Of a stretch of 64,000 nt of DNA, positions 56,164-64,000 are shown in pieces (the stretch's first letter is position 1; every line of letters begins with the position of its first letter). Where the stretch lies: the NCBI GenBank assembly GCA_046754065.1, contig JBHHVB010000006.1:11080-75079 (forward strand), in the 5' to 3' direction. Under the pieces are notes generated by a model. It made no database searches. It was not told where the DNA came from and saw nothing but the letters and a program-made list of their open reading frames with translations. Source of the DNA: Gammaproteobacteria bacterium (GTDB lineage: Bacteria; Pseudomonadota; Gammaproteobacteria; SZUA-140). Made by a program: the position numbers and the translations under genes.

Positions 56164-57435
56164 TCAGAATAGCTCGATATCTCCGTTGTCAACGCTTTGT
56201 TGCTTAATTGGGTTATGGCTGGCAGCAGTCAATGACATATCCTTCTCATTCATGGTTGAACGCAGTTTAAGCTGCAGGTTTTCATACTTATCACTAACCT
56301 CAGCCAGGTTTTCCCCCTGAACGTTCTGTCCCGCTTCGTTAAGCACATTTATCAACAGGCCTAACGAATGCACGCGCTTACCTATATGGGCGATTAGCTG
56401 GCTCGTCATATCTTCAAACTGTAAAGACTGAACCGCAACGCCCACATTGTGTCCGATGGATTCGGTAATGGACGACACTTCGTTCAACTGGACAGTCATA
56501 TCCTTATTCATTGAATCCATATCAGCCATCAACTCAGATAACCGGTCTTTCGTACCCAGGGTAAGATGCAGGTCTCGTGACGCCATGGTTCCAATGATGC
56601 CGCTACTCTTCTCCATCGTTAGCCTGGTGTCTTTAAATCGTGCCTTGACTTGATCGCTAAAATGGTTGCTGCGCTCGGAAAGCGATCTTACTTCATCCGC
56701 AACCACCGCAAAGCCTCGACCAGATTTTCCAGCTCTAGCCGCCTCAATTGCAGCATTCAATGCCAGTAGATTTGTCTGGGCACTGATTCCATCAATTTCT
56801 CCCAGCATCTTATCGACCTCTTCCATTTGCCCGGTCATTTCATTCATCGCCTCTACAAGCTTCATACTGCTCTCGCTCATATCACGAATACTGTCAACAA
56901 ACATCTGAATTAAATCTGCAGCTTCCAGCGAAAATGACTTTACATCACCGTTTTCACCCGTGTGCTTGGATAAAACATTTATCACGTTATGCACAATACC
57001 CAGCTGTGTCTTTGATTCATTTTCAAGTCCTGTAAAACTCTCTACGAGTCCATTTATCGCACTCCCTTGAATATCGACTATCTGATCGAGCCCCTCATTC
57101 ATTTTCTCCAGCTGATTATTGATTTCAGCATTGGCCTGATCCTTTATTTTTTCCAGCTCTTGAACAATTTCGGTAGCACCAGGATTTGTAGAGGGCTTTG
57201 GATTATTCTCGCGCAACACGTTATCGTCTTTCCCGGAGTTCTTTAACTTTATATTCCAGGCAATGGTCATACCCAATAGGACCACCAAAACCGTAGAAAA
57301 ATCCGGCATATAGAAATATGCGCCAAACCCTGGCGGCAATAAAACATTTGGCCACCAATATTTACGAAACGAGTTTTTGGCACTCACAATTTTCCTCCTT
57401 GTCCCAATCGAGGATGCCAGTTGAGACAATGTCAT
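56164..57435 (-). CDS. Methyl-accepting chemotaxis protein-like signalling protein (short N-terminus; start may be the Met at 57309)
   Basis: It has the highly conserved MCP hairpin [40 protein letters not shown], a single TM helix and no recognisable ligand-binding domain. The track start overlaps the upstream gene by 74 nt. Confidence 0.85.
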   Translation of the reverse strand: MTLSQLASSIGTRRKIVSAKNSFRKYWWPNVLLPPGFGAYFYMPDFSTVLVVLLGMTIAWNIKLKNSGKDDNVLRENNPKPSTNPGATEIVQELEKIKDQANAEINNQLEKMNEGLDQIVDIQGSAINGLVESFTGLENESKTQLGIVHNVINVLSKHTGENGDVKSFSLEAADLIQMFVDSIRDMSESSMKLVEAMNEMTGQMEEVDKMLGEIDGISAQTNLLALNAAIEAARAGKSGRGFAVVADEVRSLSERSNHFSDQVKARFKDTRLTMEKSSGIIGTMASRDLHLTLGTKDRLSELMADMDSMNKDMTVQLNEVSSITESIGHNVGVAVQSLQFEDMTSQLIAHIGKRVHSLGLLINVLNEAGQNVQGENLAEVSDKYENLQLKLRSTMNEKDMSLTAASHNPIKQQSVDNGDIELF

Positions 57436-58465
57436 CGTAAATCTTTTTACCTGAATCGTTTTCCCATAGTTCAGGCATGACTAGCATTTCGGGGCTCTCT
57501 TTAAGCACATTAATAAACCGGTTAATCAAATCAGGGTCTCTCCATCCCTGGTCTCTCTCTTCTTCTAAAACTTGTATAATCCTGGCAGTAGACATAGCAT
57601 CCTTGTACGGCCTCGCGTTTGCGAGCGCATCGTATATATCCAGTATCTGAAAAACTCTGGCAAGAAACGGAATTTGCTCACCCTTTAGGCCATCCGGGTA
57701 ACCTGTTCCGTCCCAACGTTCATGGTGATGCCGGATGATAGGAACAGTTTGCCTGATACTTTTCAAGCTACTGCATAGTCGCGCACCAATTATGGTATGT
57801 TTACGCATAACTTCCCATTCGTTCTCATTCAACGGACCCGATTTGAGCAGGACGCTGTCTGGTACTGCGAGTTTGCCAATGTCGTGTAATACACCGCCTC
57901 TTCGTAACGCCAGTATCTCCATTTCATCCAGATCCAGTAATTCGCCAAACACCTTGGCGGTATATTCGAGACGAGAGCAGTGGTCACCCGTCTGCTCATC
58001 TTTTGCTTCAACCATTCGGGCTAATGCAAATAACAGGGATTCAGCACTGTCCAGCTGATCAGTCAGTTTTTTTTGATTGACTGCCGCATCCAGTCTTGCC
58101 TGTAATTCAACCGGACTATAAGGTTTTCGGATAAAATCATTAGCACCCGCATTCAGGCTCTCCACAAGGTCATAATTTGAACTGTCACCTGTGACCATTA
58201 TGATTGGAAGCAACTGCAAACCCATTTTTTCCCTGATAATATGACATAAGGTGTTGCCGTCCGTACCGGGCATATTTTTATCGAGCAGAATCACATCCAC
58301 TTCATTCTTTTTGATAATATCCAACGCGTCGTTTGCATTGCTCGCCTCAATCACCTCATATTTTGAGTTCGACAGGATCTCGCGCTCCAGAGCACGATGA
58401 TGATCATCATCGTCGACTAACAGCACACGGATAGTATTAGGTTGAAACTGGTTCTCAAACATCAT
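57362..58465 (-). CDS. Response regulator with HD-GYP domain (putative cyclic-di-GMP phosphodiesterase, RpfG-like)
   Basis: It has a REC domain (VLLVDDDD...[12 protein letters not shown]) and an HD-GYP domain ([26 protein letters not shown]). Confidence 0.9.
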   Translation of the reverse strand: MMFENQFQPNTIRVLLVDDDDHHRALEREILSNSKYEVIEASNANDALDIIKKNEVDVILLDKNMPGTDGNTLCHIIREKMGLQLLPIIMVTGDSSNYDLVESLNAGANDFIRKPYSPVELQARLDAAVNQKKLTDQLDSAESLLFALARMVEAKDEQTGDHCSRLEYTAKVFGELLDLDEMEILALRRGGVLHDIGKLAVPDSVLLKSGPLNENEWEVMRKHTIIGARLCSSLKSIRQTVPIIRHHHERWDGTGYPDGLKGEQIPFLARVFQILDIYDALANARPYKDAMSTARIIQVLEEERDQGWRDPDLINRFINVLKESPEMLVMPELWENDSGKKIYDDIVSTGILDWDKEENCECQKLVS

Positions 58466-59097
58466 GACTTACTCACCGCACTTTTTGCATGACTAATCAC
58501 GTCTACTTCGGAATGTTCAAGATTATCGGTGATACCGATTGCCCGAAGTAGAACCTGTTCGTTCACTGGTTTCGCCAAACAGGTCTCCGCACCAGCACTG
58601 ATGATGCGATTGACATTTTCCTGCGTGTAATATCCCGTCATCCCGATAACCCGAACCAATTTTGTCTGTGGATCTTTTTTAATTAATTCACACACGCTGA
58701 TTCCGTCCAGACCCGGCATCTTCAGGTCCAGCAATACGCAATGGGGGTGAAAAGACCTCACCAGACTACCCGCGCTAAATCCATCTACTGCCGTTTCAAC
58801 GGAGAGGTGAGGGCCGGAACTGGTCAGAAACTCAACGAGAAAACCTGAAAACTGAACATCATCATCGATTATCAGAATTCTGAGTTCATCCGATGCCTCT
58901 TTCTTCAGCGTTAAGCCCCTGTCCTTACCGTATTGCTCAACATCCTGAATTAAGAATCGACGATGGCCTCCGGGTGTTTTATGTGCCTTCAGTCGACCCT
59001 TTTGCGCCCATTGCCGCACCGTAACGGGAGAAACCATCAGCATTTCCGCAACTTCGTTGGGCGTCAAATATTTCCTTTTTTGATCTTTAGCACTCAT
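58462..59097 (-). CDS. Response regulator with an N-terminal excisionase/MerR-type HTH and a C-terminal REC domain
   Basis: It has YLTPNEVAEMLMVSPVTVRQWAQKGRL (HTH_17-like) followed by a REC domain (ILIIDDD...VLLDLKMPGLDG). Confidence 0.8.
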   Translation of the reverse strand: MSAKDQKRKYLTPNEVAEMLMVSPVTVRQWAQKGRLKAHKTPGGHRRFLIQDVEQYGKDRGLTLKKEASDELRILIIDDDVQFSGFLVEFLTSSGPHLSVETAVDGFSAGSLVRSFHPHCVLLDLKMPGLDGISVCELIKKDPQTKLVRVIGMTGYYTQENVNRIISAGAETCLAKPVNEQVLLRAIGITDNLEHSEVDVISHAKSAVSKS

Positions 59098-59169
59098 TTC
59101 GTATTTTTTCTGTTCCGTTAGCCAAATTAGACAGCACAGAGATTGCGGTTTTTTTCAATGATCGCGCTG

Positions 59170-59203
59170 AATCGATTTAATCGATCACGTCGCTTTAATC
59201 GAT
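59170..59203. promoter_or_regulatory. Three copies of AATCGAT (palindromic ATCGAT core) upstream of the HTH-REC gene
   Basis: The copies lie at 59170-59176, 59179-59185 and 59197-59203, with spacings of 9 and 18 bp. They are 73-106 bp upstream of the start at 59097. Confidence 0.35.
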
Positions 59204-59246
59204 TTCGGCAATTTTTCATTTTCCTTTAATAATTGTGGCAAGATAT

Positions 59247-59555
59247 CTATAAAATTGTTGGAGTATCAAACCACGTCATTGACAAGGTCTTGTAACATGA
59301 CCGAAAACAAGCACAAAACCGAGGAAATTCGATTTGTCCAGTCACCCGTTCATCCTTAAATCCAGACTGATAATTAAGCCCAGGCAACTGTCTGAGAGAT
59401 CGACCGTGAACATTCCAGGTGAAACCCATGCTCTGCATTTCCATGCGTATTCCAGGTAAAATTGGCGCAATAATTGGGGAATATTCAGTCAATTTTTCCC
59501 TTAGGTAATCGAAAATGTCCAGATGCGTGTCAGAACCGACGAAGCAGCTCAACAT
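59247..59555 (-). CDS. Hypothetical ORF (102 aa), doubtful
   Basis: It is an open frame only, with a weak RBS, no recognisable motif and an in-frame stop 7 codons upstream of the ATG. It lies in a region of gene decay. Confidence 0.25.
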   Translation of the reverse strand: MLSCFVGSDTHLDIFDYLREKLTEYSPIIAPILPGIRMEMQSMGFTWNVHGRSLRQLPGLNYQSGFKDERVTGQIEFPRFCACFRSCYKTLSMTWFDTPTIL

Positions 59556-59613
59556 CGGCTTAAAAAATATGATTCAAACAGGGAGGAATTGAATTTTGGA
59601 AGGGTTGCGGGTA

Positions 59614-60021
59614 TCAGATGTGATGTTTCAGCATCTCAATGAGCCGTTTAACTTTTTCTTCAATCAGACCCCCTGACTTCCCTGAAAACCCGCTCATTCA
59701 TATGCTCCGGATCGGGAATACCCCAATCAATACGATACGCCGCACGCATGGCTGGACGCCCGTCACCGTATCCCATTGTAACCACCGCATCGTATTCAAC
59801 CTCGGGGAGTTCACTCAACGATTTTGAATGGTGGGTACCTAAATCGTATCTAGGCTCTTGCATGGTTTGAATCGCCGTTTCATCACCACCCCGGATGGTC
59901 TGGAGCCACTGCTGTATGAATTAATCACGCCTTTACCCTGAAGTTTTGCACCGGCCGCGGCCAATTGACTCCGGCATGAATTTTCCACACAGACGAACAG
60001 AACCTTTTTTATGCATATCAA
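59614..60021 (-). pseudogene. arsC: Frame-disrupted ArsC/LMW-phosphatase-family gene
   Basis: The homologous sequence is spread over three reading frames. The first gives KKVLFVCVENSCRSQLAAA...SSGSRPSGVV (CX5R P-loop). The second gives DETAIQTMQEPRYDLGTHHSKSLSELPEVEYDAVVTMGYGDG...DWGIPDP...FREVRG. The third gives LIEEKVKRLIEMLKHHI. Together they reconstruct a family-typical protein of about 140 aa. Confidence 0.7.
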
Positions 60022-60278
60022 GTTATCTCGAAATCCGGTGGATAATGATCCTGACGTGATAAGCCTTTGCTGGATTCTGGTCACAATGAGCGCTTGAACT
60101 AATTGCAAGCGCAATAGCGTTTTTCTCCATGACAGGGGAATCCATTAACCAACGATACCCAAAAGATATAATCCCAATGTAATGGTAACGATGGCTGACG
60201 CCAGTAAAACACCCACAATTATGATAGCAAATAATGGTCGCACTCGATCACCTGAGAGAGAAACGCTTCACTGATTGG

Positions 60279-60662
60279 TTAGCTACGGTCTTCCAGCACC
60301 TGTACCGGGTCATTGTTGGCTGAACAATACGTCCACAACGGCAACTTATCCGCCGGATCTAATGAAATGGTGACCTGCTCTCGACAGGTAGGACACTCAC
60401 CATAAACATTTTCCTTTGTCTCATTAACCTTGTAACGAGAATAGGCCATGATCGGGCCAGCAATCAGAAATCCGGGCACCAGAAAAAAATGCGCTATCGG
60501 AATGAACAAGGTGACGATCGCCAATCCCCATAACAGCGCGAGCAACTTGATTGCTCGTGACATTTTTTCATGAGAATCATACACAGTAAAATTTAATACC
60601 CCGGAAGTTTTCACACTATCAGAATTCTCAATAAATACGGGGCGCTGATCGGTTGTTGGCAT
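60279..60662 (-). CDS. Hypothetical two-TM protein with a C-terminal Cys-containing (CPTC...C) segment
   Basis: It is a 127-aa ORF with two adjacent TM helices and a C-terminal GECPTCREQ...YCSANN segment. The family is not recognised. Confidence 0.45.
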   Translation of the reverse strand: MPTTDQRPVFIENSDSVKTSGVLNFTVYDSHEKMSRAIKLLALLWGLAIVTLFIPIAHFFLVPGFLIAGPIMAYSRYKVNETKENVYGECPTCREQVTISLDPADKLPLWTYCSANNDPVQVLEDRS

Positions 60663-60934
60663 TGAAAGTCCTGTTTTAATATTGTTAGCCTAATACTACA
60701 GTAATACGTGCTTTAAAACGCAACCGAAATCTGGTTGCGGTTAATCTGATTTCGTTATCCAGGCACCTGCAAAACTGAAAATTACTGATTTGTGGTCTGT
60801 CCAATGCCTAGCGGAAAATATTAGAATACACATCCTTAACACCGGTTTGCAAACAAAAATAGGTGGTATTCAGACTATTGGGTCAATGTCTGAATCGATT
60901 AGCCCGGATATGATGTCGTACAAGGAATATTCAG

Positions 60935-63121
60935 ATGAATAAAATCATTAAAATAGCACTAACCGTTTCCGTTATTGTATTTGCCGGCTTTGTCATTATT
61001 GCTGGTCTGGTCATGACACTATTTGACCCCAATACTTACAAGGAAACCATTGCGTCCACCATCAAGAAGCAAACAGGGCGTGAATTGGTCATTCAAGGCG
61101 ACATCAACCTGTCACTGTTCCCCTGGATAGGCGCAGAATTGGGTCAAATCAGCCTTGGTAATGCCGATCTATTCGGACCGGAACCTTTTGCCCAAATCCA
61201 GGGCGCAGATATACATGTCAAGGTTTGGCCGCTGTTAAGCAAGGAAATTGTTGTAGATACCATCACGCTACACGGACTACACGTAAACCTGGAAAGAAAC
61301 GCCACCGGCGTAACAAACTGGCAGGACCTTGTTGCAGACAAACCGGGCTCTGCACCTGACGCCCCCGCACCTAAGGCCAGCGGGCGTAACGCCCGGGCAA
61401 TCGCTGCATTAGCAATTGCAGGCCTGGAACTGGAAGATACACACATAACCTGGAAAGACCGAATGCAAAATACCTATTATAAGGTTTCAGACTTCACGCT
61501 AAGCAGCGATGCGATCGTAGCCGGACAGCCATTCGATATCGATTTGGCATTTGAGTTTGATAGCCAGAATCCGGCTATCGCGGGTCAGGTAACGTTGGTG
61601 TCAACTGTCATGATAGACATCAACGCACAGCGCTATAACGCTACCCATCTCAAACTGGCAACGTTAGTGAAAGGAAATATGATTCCGGGCAACGAGCAAT
61701 CGGCAACGATTATGGCTGATATCGAAAGTAATCTCGGCACACAGACAGTGGAGGTAGATAATCTGTCAATTCAGGCTGCTGGTAGTGAGCTTACTGGCTC
61801 GATTTCCGCAACGAATATTGCGAGCGACCCACTTGTTAAAGGGAAACTAAATACTGGAACACTCAACCCCAGATCAGTATTGACCCAGTTGGCAATCGCT
61901 GTTCCAGATACCTCGGATAGAGACGTACTAACTAAAGCAACTGCCAAAATCGAATTTGATGCATCCGGCAATCACATCAACATTAACAAGTTAATCAGTA
62001 CGATTGATGATTCGACACTTACTGGCAATATTACCGTTATGGACTTTGGTGAACCAAACATTAATTTTCTAGCAAATATCGATCAAATTGACCTTGACCT
62101 GTATATGCCACCCACAGAGCAAGAGAGGGCAACTGCAACACCCGCAGCAGCGGCAACGGCCGGCGCACTGGAATTACCGTTAGATATGTTGCGGTCAATG
62201 CAACTGAAAGGAACATCCACCATCGGAAAGCTTAAGTTTTCAAACCTGCAAACATCAGACATAAAGCTTACAATAGATGCAAAAAACGGACTCATAAAAA
62301 TCCATCCTGCTTCAGCGCAGTTATACGATGGTCAGTACAGCGGTCATATACAACTGGATGCCAGTGGAAATGTCCCCGCCTTTTCGTTTAACGAAAAACT
62401 ATCGAATATACAAGCCGGGCCATTCCTGAAGGATCTCATGAACACTGACTTTTTTTCGGGCACAACCAACGCCAACGTCAAACTGGCGACTCGTGGTGCT
62501 ACCGTAGACGACTTGAGAAAATCACTCAATGGAAATCTGTCGTTTTCATTCAGTGACGGTCGCGTACATGGATTAAACCTTGCAAACTCTATCAAGGAAG
62601 ATTATGGACAGTTAACAAAAAAGCTAGTGAAAGACCTTGATAGCCTTGATCAAACCGTTTTTTCATCGTTAGCCGGTAATGCTCAAATCAAGAATGGCCT
62701 GGTCAGCACCGACAATTTAGTACTTAAATCAGCCCAGATGGATATCAATGGGAAGGGCTCCGCTGATCTTGTGACGGAAAAACTGGATCTCAGACTGGAC
62801 ATTTCAGCGAAAAAGGAATTGGAAAAACAGTTAGCAAAATTGGACAACTACCTCGTCGAGCATCCGATCCCCTATTATATTAAAGGTACGTTCTCAAACC
62901 CCAGAACCAGATCCGGCCTCTCTGACATGCTAAAGGCAAAAGCGAAACTAGAAGTCGATAGAGCGGTAAACAGGGAAAAGAAAAAGCTGGAGAAAAAGAT
63001 TCTGGAGAAAAATGCGCCGTCTTCGGTAAAGGAAGATGCCGCAGTTTCTCCCGAGGAAAAGATCAAGAAAAAACTGAAAAATGAATTGGACAAGCAACTA
63101 AACAAGCTTTTCAGGTTTTAG
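60935..63121 (+). CDS. asmA: AsmA-family outer-membrane biogenesis protein
   Basis: It has an N-terminal TM anchor followed by the AsmA-type start (DPNTYKETIASTIKKQTGRELVIQGDINLSLFPWIG), a long beta-rich periplasmic region, and an AsmA C-terminal-like region with a Lys-rich tail. Confidence 0.8.
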   Translation: MNKIIKIALTVSVIVFAGFVIIAGLVMTLFDPNTYKETIASTIKKQTGRELVIQGDINLSLFPWIGAELGQISLGNADLFGPEPFAQIQGADIHVKVWPLLSKEIVVDTITLHGLHVNLERNATGVTNWQDLVADKPGSAPDAPAPKASGRNARAIAALAIAGLELEDTHITWKDRMQNTYYKVSDFTLSSDAIVAGQPFDIDLAFEFDSQNPAIAGQVTLVSTVMIDINAQRYNATHLKLATLVKGNMIPGNEQSATIMADIESNLGTQTVEVDNLSIQAAGSELTGSISATNIASDPLVKGKLNTGTLNPRSVLTQLAIAVPDTSDRDVLTKATAKIEFDASGNHININKLISTIDDSTLTGNITVMDFGEPNINFLANIDQIDLDLYMPPTEQERATATPAAAATAGALELPLDMLRSMQLKGTSTIGKLKFSNLQTSDIKLTIDAKNGLIKIHPASAQLYDGQYSGHIQLDASGNVPAFSFNEKLSNIQAGPFLKDLMNTDFFSGTTNANVKLATRGATVDDLRKSLNGNLSFSFSDGRVHGLNLANSIKEDYGQLTKKLVKDLDSLDQTVFSSLAGNAQIKNGLVSTDNLVLKSAQMDINGKGSADLVTEKLDLRLDISAKKELEKQLAKLDNYLVEHPIPYYIKGTFSNPRTRSGLSDMLKAKAKLEVDRAVNREKKKLEKKILEKNAPSSVKEDAAVSPEEKIKKKLKNELDKQLNKLFRF

Positions 63122-63136
63122 CGATACAATTTATCA

Positions 63137-64000
63137 ATGACAGCGCAAGAACCTATCAACTACGCGTGGTTCAGCCAAAAACTACTTGACTGGCATCAAT
63201 TGCACGGGCGTAAAAACCTGCCCTGGCAGAAAAACCCCACACCTTATCGGGTCTGGATTTCTGAAATTATGTTACAGCAAACCCAAGTGGCCACCGTCAT
63301 TCCTTACTATGAACGTTTTATGCAGCGATTTCCAGATTATCGCAGTTTGGCGAGCGCGTCCATGGATGACGTATTAAATTTGTGGGCCGGTTTGGGCTAC
63401 TATGCCAGAGGGCGCAATGTTCATCGCACTGCACAATTGGTCATCAAAGAACATGACGGCGAGCTCCCTGTTGACATTGATCAATTACAGAAACTGCCGG
63501 GCCTTGGAAGATCAACTGCAGCAGCGATTCTTTCATTGGCCCATCATCAGTGCCAGGCCATACTGGATGGTAATGTGAAGCGAGTGCTCACACGATTCCA
63601 TGCTATCGAAGGCTGGCCGGGCCAGCGTAATGTACTAAAAACATTATGGTCTCTCGCTGAAAAACATACACCAAAGAAGAATACTGCACGGTATACGCAG
63701 GCCATTATGGATCTCGGTGCAACCCTATGTACCCGTAGCAGCCCGCTCTGCCAGCAGTGTCCAGTCAACACTGACTGCACGGCATATAAGAATGACACCG
63801 TTACTCAGTATCCGGCCTCGAAACCGAAGAAAAAACTGCCAACACGCAAAACAATTATGTTAATGCTGGTCAACAGGGATAATGCTGTGCTTGTTATCAA
63901 AAGACCACCTACTGGTATATGGGGAGGGTTATGGGCATTACCTGAATGTTCGGAACAAAATACACTAAAAGACTGGTGCAGAAACACGCTTCATATAAAA
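63137..64000 (+). CDS. mutY: A/G-specific adenine DNA glycosylase, partial (runs off the window end)
   Basis: It is absent from the ORF track because it is open at the window edge. My translation from the ATG at 63137 reads MTAQEPINYAWFSQKLLDWHQLHGRKNLPWQKNPTPYRVWISEIMLQQTQVATVIPYYERF...LPGLGRSTAAAILS...CTRSSPLCQQCPVNTDC. This covers the HhH-GPD region and the 4Fe-4S Cys cluster. Confidence 0.9.
   Translation, partial: MTAQEPINYAWFSQKLLDWHQLHGRKNLPWQKNPTPYRVWISEIMLQQTQVATVIPYYERFMQRFPDYRSLASASMDDVLNLWAGLGYYARGRNVHRTAQLVIKEHDGELPVDIDQLQKLPGLGRSTAAAILSLAHHQCQAILDGNVKRVLTRFHAIEGWPGQRNVLKTLWSLAEKHTPKKNTARYTQAIMDLGATLCTRSSPLCQQCPVNTDCTAYKNDTVTQYPASKPKKKLPTRKTIMLMLVNRDNAVLVIKRPPTGIWGGLWALPECSEQNTLKDWCRNTLHIK

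Noticed and set aside
60145-60243. A 32-aa GTG-initiated hydrophobic ORF (VRPLFAIIIVGVLLASAIVTITLGLYLLGIVG) with an AGGTGA sequence upstream.
   Set aside because: It is plausible as a micro-peptide. However, it rests only on a non-ATG start and hydrophobicity in a decaying region, which is not enough to annotate it.

Overview
The window looks like a moderately AT-rich gammaproteobacterial chromosome segment, mostly transcribed on the minus strand. All calls come from reading the supplied translations, my own translation of gaps and window edges, and motifs recalled from memory. No database search was run.

I saw no rRNA, tRNA, CRISPR array, transposase, integrase or phage genes.

About 14-47.7 kb is a conserved housekeeping block:
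- mutM, a hydantoinase-A-like gene and mgtE
- a PTS-Ntr/HprK cluster: ptsI, HPr, EIIA-Man, rapZ, hprK, ptsN, hpf, rpoN
- lptBAC, kdsCD, yrbG, ubiAC
- recG, ridA, spoT, rpoZ, gmk, yicC
- rph, rdgB, hemW, serB, trmB, thiGS
- The window ends with asmA and a partial mutY.

The unusual content is in four places:
1. **0.9-8.1 kb:** a roughly 13-gene, non-canonical cbb3-type (C-family) haem-copper oxidase locus. It encodes CcoN, a CcoO with a ~150-aa insertion, a haem-less FixP_N-like protein, a CcoS-like protein, a monohaem cytochrome c, a membrane-anchored FGE-sulfatase-domain protein without the catalytic Cys pair, and several tiny membrane peptides.
2. **8.9-12.0 kb:** a second module that looks like a partial paralogue of the first. 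A 177-aa mini protein is clearly homologous to only the last four helices of CcoN, including the HxH haem-ligand motif. It is translationally coupled to a paralogous cytochrome c, a thioredoxin-like lipoprotein and a membrane protein. A dihaem c4-like unit sits next to it. This module is my best candidate for an undescribed system.
3. **47.8-59.1 kb:** an 11-kb signalling supercluster with three paralogous hybrid histidine kinases, a periplasmic binding protein, a CheY-like protein, an orphan MCP, a REC-HD-GYP protein and an HTH-REC regulator. One kinase is split at a G7 run.
4. **Small insertions and decay:** two secreted-protein genes lie between rdgB and hemW. An ELWxxDGT-repeat lipoprotein lies between serB and trmB. 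An ArsC/LMW-PTP-like gene is frame-disrupted.

Several frame disruptions coincide with homopolymers, so sequencing error is a live alternative to real pseudogenisation.
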